DNA of 64,000 bases from Camelus dromedarius (taxonomy: Eukaryota), in the NCBI RefSeq assembly GCF_036321535.1, contig NC_087436.1, forward strand, positions 30,010,001-30,074,000, given 5' to 3'. Positions 12,511 to 24,333 of this stretch are shown here, piece after piece. Numbering within the stretch: the first letter of the stretch is position 1; each line of letters begins with the position of its first letter. The notes under the pieces are model-generated. The model was not told the origin of the DNA, ran no database searches, and saw only the letters and a list, made by a program, of their open reading frames with translations. The position numbers and the translations under genes were made by a program.

Positions 12511-14449
12511 AGAGTAACAGTGTTCCACAGCCCTCTCTTCTCCCCACCACCAACACTGCCAAAGGAATATAGGAAATATCTGGAAATACACCATTTTGAT
12601 ATTGCTAAAGGAATATATTCTATATTCCAGCCCAAAATTTATTGTGAGGCAAAAACCACACTCCTTTTTTTTTTTTTACTAATTGTTCAACATCCTTAAA
12701 AAGTTTCTTCTGTTTAAGTACACCCAAACTACAGTCATCAATCACTGAAATAATACCTTGGTAATTTGTCCTGACTTAATGTTCTCTTAACTTGAATCAT
12801 TGAAATATCTCCTTCAAGATAAACAAAATTAAGTGTTCATCTTGTAATATTATATAATTAACTTTATATGTTAAATTAAATCAATTAATGTTACTATCAT
12901 TGTTACATGCAGTAATGACCTTAACATCATATGTTAAACTAACTATATATTCCTCTTGTACTTCAATTTAAAACAAATATATTTTAGTTATAATTTTAAA
13001 CGTAGTGTTCAGATTACACCTGTAATCACATTGCATACTGCCAATGGTATGCATAATATTTTCTGTATGACTGTGCTCAATCTTTACCTCTTATTACTTT
13101 ATGTTTCTTTGGCTTTGACCCAGATCTCCTGTCTTCTCTACAGAGTCACAATCAATGCCACTAGTCACACTATATTCATCATATTCCTCTGTAATATCAA
13201 GATCTCTTTGGAATATGCATATTTTACCCTCCAGCCTTAAGGAAAGTTCTTTTATGATACTTTTCAATTTTCTAATACTCCACTGTTCATAGAGTTAGGT
13301 GATATTCTTATTTTCTACTTCTTTTCTCAAACTATTAGATGCACCTTTCTTGGAGAAAAACAAAACAAAAGGAAAAACAAACTCTACCCCACTGATATAT
13401 TTTTATCTGCACACTTGCATTTCCTTTTCTTGTATCTAGTTGGACTTTAAAAGTTTCTGTGTATGATTTACTTTATTTATTGTTTTTCTATTTCCTGCCA
13501 GCACCCCTGAGTTCAACATGAATGTGAGAAAAAAATATATACATTGGGTTTTTATCTCAAATGACCTTTTCTTCCACTCACTCAGTCACTCATCCTAAAC
13601 TTCTACTCTAAATCTTGTCAAAACGAAACACTGATGAACTTGGAAACTGACTGAAACCTGATCATTCACAACTATGTGATGTCTTTTTGTAGTAACTCCT
13701 CAGTTGTACGCAGTATGTGAAGGTTATTAGTCTCCCCACTACCAGATGATACGGTGTAATGAAAGCAAGTCTCAGAATGAACTCTGCAATACCAGGAAAT
13801 ACTATTACCAGTTAGGCATAAAAATAATCCTTAAAAGATTCTGGAGGTTCAGTGAATTCCCAGTGCTGGGTCCTTCTATGCTCACCAATAAAACCTTAAA
13901 GAGTCCACCTGAGGCACATTCAGAAACAATGTAGCAGCAGAATTAAGTGAACCTTCTTACCAGTTCCAGACAGCCCAGAATCCATAGGATTAAAGGTCTA
14001 AGGACCTACTTCTTATATTTTGTTTGTAAAAGCATGGAAATGTCTTTACGATATTTTTACTGATCCGCACATGTCAATTATTACTCATCTTGCAAGTGAA
14101 AAAATCCTTACAGATACCTATTACACTAACACATACTTGGTGTAGATGGCAGTAAGTATGGCTAAAGTATTTTCAGTAGTTATATCTTGGGAGCAAACTT
14201 TTTATTTTAGGTTTGAAATGTTAAATAACCACAAAGGAAAGGTATATATCAAATTATGTAAATTAAAATATTAGCTAAAAGGGAAGCATAAGCCCCAAGG
14301 ATTAAGGCATCAGTAGACAGACTGATTAAAGTGCTGGGTAATGTTGTTAGTAGAGATGTAATGTGCTGAGATTTTTAGTAAGGATTATTATTATTTCTTA
14401 AGGGATAAGTTATGAGTGGTCTGTCCCAATGCCATTTTTTTTCTATAAG

Positions 14450-14583
14450 TAGGATTGCCCTATAATTCATAATCTAAACCTGAGCACTCTTGAATTTGAA
14501 AAGGGACAGTAACCAACCAGATAGCCTCTGGGAACAACATACTTAGTATTATCCTGAACAACCTGCGATGTACGGTCATCCTG
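14450..14583. mobile_element. hAT-Blackjack MITE (MER81-like)
   Basis: Degenerate terminal inverted repeats taggattgccctata...tacggtcatcct (consensus tagggtgacc...ggtcacccta), with internal cactcttgaatttgaaaaggg. Confidence 0.65.
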
Positions 14584-14694
14584 GTACCTGTAGTGCATGA
14601 TTTTACAAAACATGGAATTTCTCAAGAACACTCTGTGTTCTGGTAGAAATTTTTATACAAGTTATCACCAACACACTGACAAGCTATCCTGTTT

Positions 14695-15095
14695 AGGTGA
14701 AGTCTGCTTGTTGACCATAAAAATCTCTTTTTTTCTTCTTCCTGGAAACATAAATAAACCATGTTGCCCAGACTTCGATTAGCTGTTGATTAATTAATAT
14801 GACCAATTTTTAGTCAACGGAATGGGAACAAAAATAATGTGTGTGCCTTCTAGGCCTGTTCCTTTCCCTCTTCTGGCTGATTCTGGCAGCACAACAATGA
14901 TCCAAAATGGCCTTGTGTTGAAGATGGCTGAGTGGCCTTAACCTGAAAACTAAAATGACTATGGAAATATATGCTTCTCTCCCCACCACTGACTACCCTG
15001 AGCTGTTACATGAACAACAAATTATCTGCTATTATGTAAAGCGTTCTGTACTTGAACCTATCAGTCATGGCAGCCCAGCATTCCCTGACTAATTA
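14695..15095 (+). mobile_element. MaLR LTR (MLT1J-like)
   Basis: cttcttcctggaaacat...atgaccaatttttagtcaacggaatg...ttctaggcctg...tgtgttgaagatggc...gctgttacatgaacaacaaat...ccctgactaat. Confidence 0.75.
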
Positions 15096-16519
15096 GCCTG
15101 CTTTTTAGAATCTCTGTCTTTTTCCTTTATTCAAAGTTTCATGTATCAAGACCTGGGGACACCTAGTTTTCATTCTACCCCTTTATGTGCCTTTATTATT
15201 AGCACTGTTATTATATCCTCTCTATATATAAAAAATCTACTCTGTTGATTTTACTGAGATTTCCTTTATTGCCATCAATTGAATCCTATACAACACTTAC
15301 CTCATTGTATGATAGTGTAAGTATTGCCAAATCCTACAAACCTGGATACTTTTACCTCTAAGAGTTCAAAACAGTGGGATAGTAAGTAAATGGAGTTAGC
15401 GCAGCAGGGAGATATTTGTGATGGGGCAGTCAGGGCAAGTCTTTTTGATGGGCTGGTATCTGAGTCAGTGGTTGAAGCATATGAAATAAGCTGTGCAAAG
15501 CTGGCAGAAAGAGTCTTACATGACTCTGCTAATACCACAAAACTCAATTCCTTGCAAATTATGCAGTAAGCCAAGAACACTCAGGGAACAGATCCAACCC
15601 TAAAGATTTAGAGTTGTGGGAGTAGCAAAACCCCATCAGCTATATTGTTGGAGAGGGGGAAAAAAGTATTTTATTGGTATTTCATTTAAGTACTGTTATA
15701 TACAAGTGTTTCTATTACTTCTTATCATCTGCAGTAATACATCTTTATAAGTATAATTGAATAAAGTGCCACTATCCATATATTCCCTGCCTAGTTAATG
15801 ACTCTAACACTAATTGAAAAGCTTCTGCAGCGTCATAATTCTATCAATAAATCTATGTATTTATAGCGCTACTATCAGCAGAGTATCTCATTGTTTTGAC
15901 CTGGTGCCATTTTAGCAACAGACAATAAAAAAAGGGGAGGAATAATATCTTGCAGAGCAAACCTTTCTGCTGCTTTAGCACAAGTATTTTTCAGGCCTAG
16001 GGAAACAATACTTTTAAAACCTTTTCCTTTAGCTTTGGAGAACTGGATTTTATTGCTATTAATTTGTATAATATTTCTTGATAAATACATTGTAAGTCTG
16101 TAACTTGTCCATGTGAACATTGAATTTTTCTTTGGTCATTGACCTTCTGTTATACGATATGATTTTAATTACATTTGGAAGATTTGAGTTTTTTATTCCT
16201 TAATAGCAAAGTTAGCAATTGCTAGTCTAAAGCCCCTTCTCCTATTGACTCCTTCCATCTCTAACATGATTTTCATAGTTTATAACCTACTTTCAACATT
16301 TAACTGCAAACCCAAGTGGGGTCAGGGAGAATTCAGGTTTGAAAACTTGATAGTTTTTATTCTGACATTTAAGCTATTTTCATTTTTATGTAGCACACAT
16401 AATCTTTTCTTGCAGAGTGAAGCAAGTGTTGCATAGAATTCATAGAATTCTATTCTGAAGCTGGTTCTCCTACTATAGCCTAATGCAAAATGGAAGTAAA
16501 ACTATGTCTAGCTTGCTAG

Positions 16520-17450
16520 GTATGTATTGGTGTCAAGGAGACTGCTATATAATGATGATTGTGTAGTGACCAAAATTGATGACTCCTGTTCTCATGGTGT
16601 TAACCAAGAAAGGAGTGGAAAGGCAGGCAGTCATTAGATAATTAATTACCCAATGATCATTTAGTAACTATTGTGTTTAAACAGTAACTATTTGGTTAGG
16701 ATAAATTTAGTACAAAAAGAAAAAAAACCAGATATTTTTCTGTGTGTGAGAGAAAATGATAGTGATTCTTAATCTAACCCAGAATATAGCACAATATGTC
16801 CCTGGGAAAGTAACTGTATGTTAAGATCTATTAGGTGAATGTCAGTAAGAAAATGAAGTGAGCAGGGGAAGTGAATTAGTATCTCAGGTAAAAGAAGAAG
16901 GTGGTCAATGATTTTAAATCAGGAAAGCATTTGATGTTTGAAATATGGAGAAAAGACTGTTATATCTGGGGCTTAATGAATGAAAAAAGAGATTGGCCAA
17001 AAATTGGGCTGGAGTCAGTCAATAGATAATTTATACAGAGTTTATGAAAGAGAATATAGATTTCACTGTATGTACAATAGAAAGAAGCATGGTATGACAT
17101 GATCAGACTTGCCACTGAAGGAGATGATTCTGACTGTTGTTGGAGAAGAGTTCAGAGAGGAGCAGTAAGATGAGATGTGCTGGCTGGGGTGGAGAATATT
17201 GGAAAGCCATGAAAGCAGTTGAGACACAAAGCTGACAACTATGGTTTAGAGGCATGTAGCCAAAATGATGGTGGAAAAAAGTTCCTGGACTAGAGATCTA
17301 TTTAGGAACCAAAATCAGTAAGATTCTGGTGGAAGGAGAAAGCGGTAGTGATGTAGACTATGAAGGACCAGATGGAGGGAGATAGACTTTTATGGATTAC
17401 TCTAAATCTTCTGCTTAAAATTCTTCCTTGGGTTTCCATTGCCACAACAG
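16520..17450 (-). mobile_element. L2 LINE fragment
   Basis: Purine-rich antisense L2 motifs: ctgttctcatgg, gggaaagtaactgtatgttaagatct, tgacatgatcagacttgc...agatgattctgactgttg, gagatctatttaggaa. Confidence 0.7.
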
Positions 17451-17719
17451 TGGAGGCCTGCTGATAGAGCAATCGAAAGATCAAGTACTCTAATTTGGAC
17501 TCCCTGTATTTTTAAATTCTAAGTCCACTGCTTAGAAGCCTTGAAATCTTAAACAATCTTAACCCCATTTGGTTCCTTACTCTATAAATGATGATGATAA
17601 CTGCACTTCTCTTGGAGTATTGGTATATAGAGGAAAGGCACAATGGAAAAATATAAATATTTATAAAATAATTGTCTCTTAGTAAGTATACAATGAATGT
17701 TAGCTATCAAATACAACTT

Positions 17720-18185
17720 TATCACTAGAGTCTACTGGTCTGCTGATCCCTGCTCATCTCTCCAAGATCACCTAGTGGCATTCTCTCCCTTGCCCCTGGT
17801 GCTCCAGGCACACTTTCCTTTTCTCTGGCATTCTACAGTTCAGCCTCAGAGCCTGCTTTGCAGGATGCCAGGAATTAATTCTCTCTGTTCCACCCTTTAC
17901 CTAGTTAATATTTACCCATCCATCAGATTTCAGTTCAAATGTCAAACTCCTTGGAAGAATATTACCTAATTTCAAATCTAGGAAAGCCCTCAGAACTGTA
18001 CAATCATTAGAAATAGTGAATTATTATTTATGAGTTTATTTTATCAAAGCCCAGTATCTTCTAACAGACTGCAAGTTTATGAAGACACAGAACATAATGC
18101 TTAACAAAGAGTCTCTCCAGAGAACCGAGTGCATTTTTGGCAACATGATACAAAGTAAACAGCTATTTATTTGGGTGAATTAATT
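17720..18185 (+). mobile_element. L2 LINE 3' end
   Basis: gcctcagagcct, catccatcagatttcagttcaaatgtca, agactgcaagtttatgaagacacagaa, ending tatttatttgggtgaattaat. Confidence 0.75.
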
Positions 18186-18317
18186 ACCACTGATCAAGTA
18201 AGTGAAAAAGAGTCTTGTTTTCAGATAAAGACTGAGTTCAGATTTGGATATATTGAGTTGGAGAGGTCTATGGACTATTCAGTGGATATTTTATTTTTCC
18301 ACTCTAAAATCACTTAG

Positions 18318-18424
18318 GTACACAATTTCTGGTGTACAGCATAATGTTTCAGTCATACATATACATACATATATTAATTTTCATCCTCTTTTTCATTATA
18401 GGTTACTACAAGATATGGAATATA
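18318..18424 (-). mobile_element. Short fragment of a young (camelid-type) L1 3' UTR
   Basis: caatttctggtgtacagcataatgtttcagtcatacatatacatac...tttttcattataggttactacaagatat is the reverse complement of the same 3' UTR seen at 63900-64000. Confidence 0.85.
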
Positions 18425-19294
18425 AGCTTAATGTTTTGTATTGAGAAAGATTCCGTGTCTATTTGCTATTAATACAATTGCAATACTTAGTAGAACATGG
18501 CATACACAGCCTTTCTATATGAATGAATATGATGAATTATTGAAAATATCATATTCTTCAAAATCATCAGGTACTGAAATTAGTAAGTTAAAATAATGAG
18601 TGAAGTTAATGGGAAAACAGAAACATCTATGCAAAATCAGTATAATTCTTAAACCAGAGCACTTAAAAAGTAATCACCAGAGAGTAACTTAAAGCTGTGT
18701 TAAATCTCCACTGACGTATGCACCCTGAACCACAGTTTTTAGGTCATCTGTAAGGGATTTGAGGTGGACTGCTGAGATCAAATATCCATTTCAGACTCCA
18801 GGCATAATTTTCTGGGGAGGAGATCCTAGTACTGGTGCTTGCTCTTTTTTTTTTCCTTACAATTTAACTGAAATGTTCCCTGATTCCAGTGCAGCTGCAA
18901 AGTTGACAAATTGATCTTTCCTGCTACAGTTTACAATTGCATTGCATGGCTATCATTGTCCTATTTAGCAATCACTTATGAACTAATTTTCAGTATTGAA
19001 ACACCTATTATAGCAGAACAAATTCTCTTGGAAAATAGGTCCCAGCAATTGATAAGGCTTGGTTTCATATTCCTTATTAAATAAATGATGTTAATCATAC
19101 AATATAAAAACATGTGGCTACTGAAAATAATATGGCATATCAGTATGTGCTAATCTGGAAGGGTTCCCAAGTTAAAATAAAAGGGGAGCCCCAGACTTGC
19201 CTTCAAGTGTGTACGTAATGAACCAAGAAAAAGATGAACTTTAAGCAATTTCTTATTGAAGGTGTGCAAGTAAATCTTACAAAGCCGAAAAAGT

Positions 19295-19308
19295 AGAGAG
19301 AGAGACGG

Positions 19309-19384
<76 letters not shown>
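19295..19384. repeat. Compound microsatellite (GA)n(GT)n
   Basis: Directly visible: about (GA)16 at 19311-19342 followed by about (GT)21. Confidence 0.98.
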
Positions 19385-19385
<1 letters not shown>

Positions 19386-20120
19386 CAAGGGATCTGGAAC
19401 TGCTGTCTTAGTCCAACTCCCCTAGTTTTCCTATCACAGTAGAATGAGAGGTCTCACTGCCTAATTATTGGAAATGTAGCAACCTGTAGACATCAGGCAG
19501 CAACTGGACTTAGTGGCTTCTCAAGTCCTGTAACCCATGCTCTTTTTCTTCTTCTCCTCCACAGTTCTTTATTTTAATCTCATTCTCATCAAGTATACTT
19601 TTATTTCTCATTTCCAGCAACTTGCCTTCTCCCCTATTAGAAGTGATCAACTCCCAATTTTTGTATGGGCAATATACCTGTTTGATTTTAGGAACACAAA
19701 AGCAGCCTAAGCCTTGAGTAGAAATCTCATTATTTCTTCTTGCTTTTCCTCAATTCCTTCTCTCATCATAAGGCTCAATTTCACTCTATTCAGAAAATAT
19801 ATTTCCCCCATTAAAAAAAAACTTTAATTCAGCAGCTACTAATTAAAAGATTAAGGGTGATCTTGGTTTTTTGTAACTTGCCTAGAATTCTATAATGCAT
19901 CTTAAAAAGTACCACACTGTCACACCAATGCATTGTTTCCCAATATAGGACAACAAACAGCTGTATTCCTGAGAGTTCTCTTTGCTTAATCACAGGAGTA
20001 ATAAAGTGGACAACAATGGGAGGAGAAAATAAGTCTACAGTCCAGTCTCTTCGGATTATTGTATTCATGCATCAGAAAATTTCCCCAAAATATTGTTCTT
20101 GCCTTGAAAAAGCATGCATG

Positions 20121-20258
20121 CATTTATTCAATTAATCAATCAGTCAACAATTTTCATTTAGGGCCAACTGTATGCAGGATACTATATCAAATGCTAGTTT
20201 TTGTGGTTAATAGAGCTGACGAAATCTTTGCCCTCAGGATGCTAGCATACTATTGGAG
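20121..20258 (-). mobile_element. L2 3' end
   Basis: catttattcaattaatcaatcagtcaacaa...ccaactgtatgcagg...tttgccctcaggatgct. Confidence 0.7.
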
Positions 20259-20389
20259 GAGTTTCATACTGAATTTGTTCTATCTTTAATATGTATGTCT
20301 TAGGTTACTTCACGTACATTTAATTAAGTACTGTGGTACAATAAAATGATAACGTCCATGAGAATGTTTAATTTTATCACGTTTTCATA

Positions 20390-21010
20390 ATTTTAAACTT
20401 TTTTACTTGAAATCATTTTAGACAAGAAAAGTTGCAGAAAAGTGTATAGAGAGTATGCTTTATTCAGCTTTCCTTAATATTAACATCTTCTATAACTATA
20501 TAAAGTTTGTCAAAAAAAAAGGAAAGTAACATTAATATAATACTATTAATCCATATACTGACTTTTCCTGGTCTTTCATGACCTCAGCAACTTTGGAGAA
20601 TAGTGATCAGCCATTTTTCCCCTGAGTTTGGTTTTGTCTGTTAATTTCTCACGAGGAGATTGATGTTAGTATTTTTCTGCAAGAATATTATGGAATCTTA
20701 TGGAATTCTTGTAAAATATTCCATGGTGTTCTTGAGAAATTCCATTATATTCTTGGGAAAAAAAACTTTCTCAGTGAATGTTAGGAGGGGTCCCATGATC
20801 TCATTACATCTTATTACTGGTGACACTGACTTTGAATGCTTTGTTAAAGTGGTATCTGTCAAGTATCTCCACTAAAAAAATTCCTATTTTTCTCTTTTAA
20901 ATTAGTAAGTATTTTAAGGGAGATAATTTGAACAAATGTAAGTATCTTCTTTCTCATGATACTTTTATCCACTAATTTTAGTATTGATTGGTGGCTTATC
21001 TGCAATAAGT
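20390..21010 (-). mobile_element. Old LINE-1 3' UTR (L1MC4/5-like)
   Basis: ttgaaatcattttagacaagaaaagttgca, cagctttccttaatattaacatc, ttattactggtgacactgactttg, ggggagataatttgaa. Confidence 0.75.
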
Positions 21011-22299
21011 TGTGGTCAACGTTCCATTTAAGGAACACTTTTTAATCTAGTTTACTTATGTTTTTTCCTGTGTTCTTTTTTCTTTTTTTTTTTCTCATTC
21101 ATTTCTATGCCTTGGTATGCCTGAATTTTGTGATTGGTTGCCAGACAATTAGATTAAAAAATTGTAATGTCTCTGAATGATATTAATTTTACTCAGAGAA
21201 AATTTAATTTTCTTCTGAAACAGGGAGAGTATATGCAAATCTTGTGACCTCACCAGACATTCCAATAATTCAAGACTAAATTTTCAGTCCTTGTGAGAGA
21301 ATACCTATTTATTTTATTCCTCTTTCTTCTAGAGTTTGACCTTCATGGGTCTTTACTAAGCACAGGGTTATTTACTAGGTCCCTTTTCTTTGTTAAATGC
21401 TGATGTCCAAGTTTTGCTTGTACCATAACTTTCGAACTGCCAGACTCTGATTAGCCTTTTAATCTTCCAGGAAATGCTTTATGCTTGAAGCTTTCCACCT
21501 CTTACCCCATGCATTTGGGATTTAGGAATCAGCAAATTCCTTCATAGAAAATTTCGCAGGGAATATTAGTCTTTGTTCTGTGCAATTCTCTTTTTTTCTG
21601 GTTCTTTTTCGTTTCCTTTATTTGCTACTTACTTAGTATCTCAAAGACAAATTTCTGTTTCCCTTGGCCAGTGAATCTTTTGCAAATTCTGCTCCACAGC
21701 TATTCACTATAATCCTGCAATCAGAATTGTAGAATTTATATTAAATTAAAATGCTTTCCTTTGCTTCAAAATCTTAATCCCTCAAGTCCTCGCTCTGTTG
21801 GTTGCTTTCTGACTCCTTTAGACAGCTGTTTAGTTTCTTTTGCCCAGCCTTTACAATTGCTCTCAGCAGGCAGTTTACTCTGACACAGTCTAATTCATTA
21901 CTGCCAGGAGTAGAACCCTAAGCATGTCATTCTGAATTGCTATTAGCTGATGGTTAAGATACTGATTATTCAGCTATTATTATTATTACTATTTTAACAC
22001 TAAGTCTTAACATATATGTGGGCAATTCATTAGTCAATTGAAGAATAAAGATTTATTATTGCAATAATAATACAGTAGTACATAATTTAAAATTATGAAA
22101 CCCACTGATTTAATATGTGAAAAATAAAAGCAACTTAAAAATAATCAGATATATAGTGAAAAAGATTGACAATACAGCTGTTAAAGAACATATATTATCC
22201 AGACAAATTTAGGAAGGGCACTTTCTTACTTTAAGCTAATTAAAGATAATAATCATTTATGTAGTAAGAAAAGACACAATAATACATTAAAATACATGT

Positions 22300-23397
22300 G
22301 CTTTTAAAAAGTAATTCAGAGATACTCTTTAAACTCTTAACCAAGTTTTTTTCCAATGTAACATATTGCAAAACTGTAGTACAACATCACAGCCAGGGTA
22401 TGTACATGAATGCAGTCAAAGCATAAAGTGTTTCCATCATCCCTATGTTGCCCTTTTAGAGCCACGGCCACTTCCATCACATTCCCATCCCATCCTAAAC
22501 TTCTAGCCAACACAAATCTGTTACCCATTTCTACAATTTTATCATTTCAAAATATTATTATATAAGTGAAATCATATAATATGTAACCTTTTGGAGTTGG
22601 CTTTATTCAGTAAGCATTGTTCTTTGGAGATTCATCTCCAGGTTGTTGTATATGTCAATAATTTGCTCCTATTTATTGATGAGTAGAATTCCGTGTCATA
22701 GGTGTATCATGTTTTGGTCAACCTTTCACCTATGAAAAAGCTATGTAGATAATTTCTAGTTTGGGTTTATTACAAATAAAGTAACTATAAACATTTGTGT
22801 ACAGGCTTTTATGTAAACACAGCTTTTATTTCTTGGAGATAAATGTCCAGGAATGTAATTGCTGGATTGTATGGCTGTTGAATGTTTAATTCGTTTAAGA
22901 AAGTGCCAACCAATTTCCTAGGTGACTGTACCATTTTACATTCCTACCAGCAATGTGTGAGTGATTTCCACATTTTTCCTAATGTTTGGTGTTGTCATTT
23001 TTTTTTTTTTGTCTTAACCGTTCTTTTAGGTATATAGTGATATCTCATTGTGATTTTTATCTGCATTTCCCTAATGACTGATGACTTTGAACATCATTTC
23101 ATGGGCTTATTTGCCATCTATAAATCTTCTTTGGTGAAATGCCTCTTTATGTCTTTGCCTATTTTCTAACTGAATTATTCTTCTTCTCCTTCTCCTTCTC
23201 CTTCTCCGTCTCCGTCTCCGTCTCCGTCTCCTTCTCCTTCTTCTTTCTTCTTTCTTCTTTCTTCTTCTTCTTCTTCTTCTTCTTCTTCTTCTTCTTCTTC
23301 TTCTTCTTCTTCTTCTTCTTCTTCTTCTTCTTCTTCTTCTTCTTCTTCTTCTTCTTCTTCTTCTTCTTCTTCTTCTTCTTCTTCTTCTTCTTCTTCT

Positions 23398-23435
<38 letters not shown>

Positions 23436-23482
23436 TTTAACTGTTGAGTTTTGAGTTTTTTTAATACATTCTAGTTCTAGGT
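22300..23482 (-). mobile_element. LINE-1 3' region (L1MB/MC-like) containing an expanded simple repeat
   Basis: caaaactgtagtacaacatcacagccaggg, taactataaacatttgtgtacagg, ccattttacattcctaccagcaatgt, ctgcatttccctaatgact. L1 sequence resumes after the repeat (ctgttgagttttgag). Confidence 0.9.
23178..23435. repeat. Compound tract: (TTCTCC)/(GTCTCC) hexamers, pure (TTC)47 at 23259-23399, (ATT)12 at 23400-23435
   Basis: Directly visible. It accounts for the poly-F/I and poly-K ORFs. Confidence 0.98.
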
Positions 23483-23499
23483 CTTTTTTTTTTCCTCAA

Positions 23500-24333
23500 T
23501 CCTTATTTCCTTTTTCCCCTCCATCTTTATTGGGATATTACTGACACATAACACTGTATAAATTTAAAGTGCACAGCATGATGATTTGATATATACTGCA
23601 AAATAATTACACAACAAAAATAAAACTATCATTATGATCCAGCAATTCCACTTCTAGGTATATATCTGAAGGGTCATGAAGGGCTACCTGCATTCTCATG
23701 TTCTTTGCAGCATTATTTACAGTAGCCAAGATATGGAAGCAACCTAAGTGTCTATCTATGGATAAATGGTTAAAGAAAATGTGGTGTGTATATGTGTATG
23801 TATGTGTGTGTATATATATATATATATATATAATTTTTATTTTATTTATATTATATAAATTTATATATACTGTGTATATTATATAAATAAAATAGAATTC
23901 TATTCAGTCATGAGAAAAAAGGAAATCCTGCCATTTGAGATGATGTGGATGGAACTTGAGGGTACCACACTAAGTGAAATAAATCAGACATAGTAAAACA
24001 AATACTGTATCATTTCACTTATATATGGAATCTAAAAAAAAAATGAACTCCTAGAAACAGAGTAGAATGATGGTTACCAACAGCTAGGGGGTGAGGGAAA
24101 TGAGGATACGTCTATCAAAGTTTACAAATGTCCAGTTATAAAATGAATAAGTTCGGGAGGTCATAAAACATGATAATCTATAATCTATGGTGATTATAGT
24201 TAATGAGACCGTGTTACATACTTGAAAGTTGCTGAGAGAGTAACTCTTAAATGTTCTCACATACACAAAAAGTAATTATATCAGGTGATAGAAGTGTCAG
24301 CTAACCCTACTGTGATGATAATTTTGTAATATG
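23500..24333. mobile_element. LINE-1 3' end (L1MA9-like) in two orientations: 23500-23614 minus, 23615-24333 plus
   Basis: The minus piece is the terminal L1 segment (ctttattgggatat...aaagtgcacagcatgatgatttgat). The plus piece runs from tatgatccagcaattccacttctagg to gtcagctaaccctactgtgatgataattttgtaat. Confidence 0.9.

Noticed and set aside
16432..16450. Short tandem duplications such as catagaatt x2 (also tataattatttc x2 near 1469-1491)
   Set aside because: Two-copy slippage duplications in AT-rich DNA with no spacer-repeat periodicity. I saw nothing CRISPR-like anywhere in the window.
23139..23447. Poly-Phe/Ile ORF (+) and poly-Lys ORF (-)
   Set aside because: Both are translations of the (TTC)n(ATT)n microsatellite and not genes.
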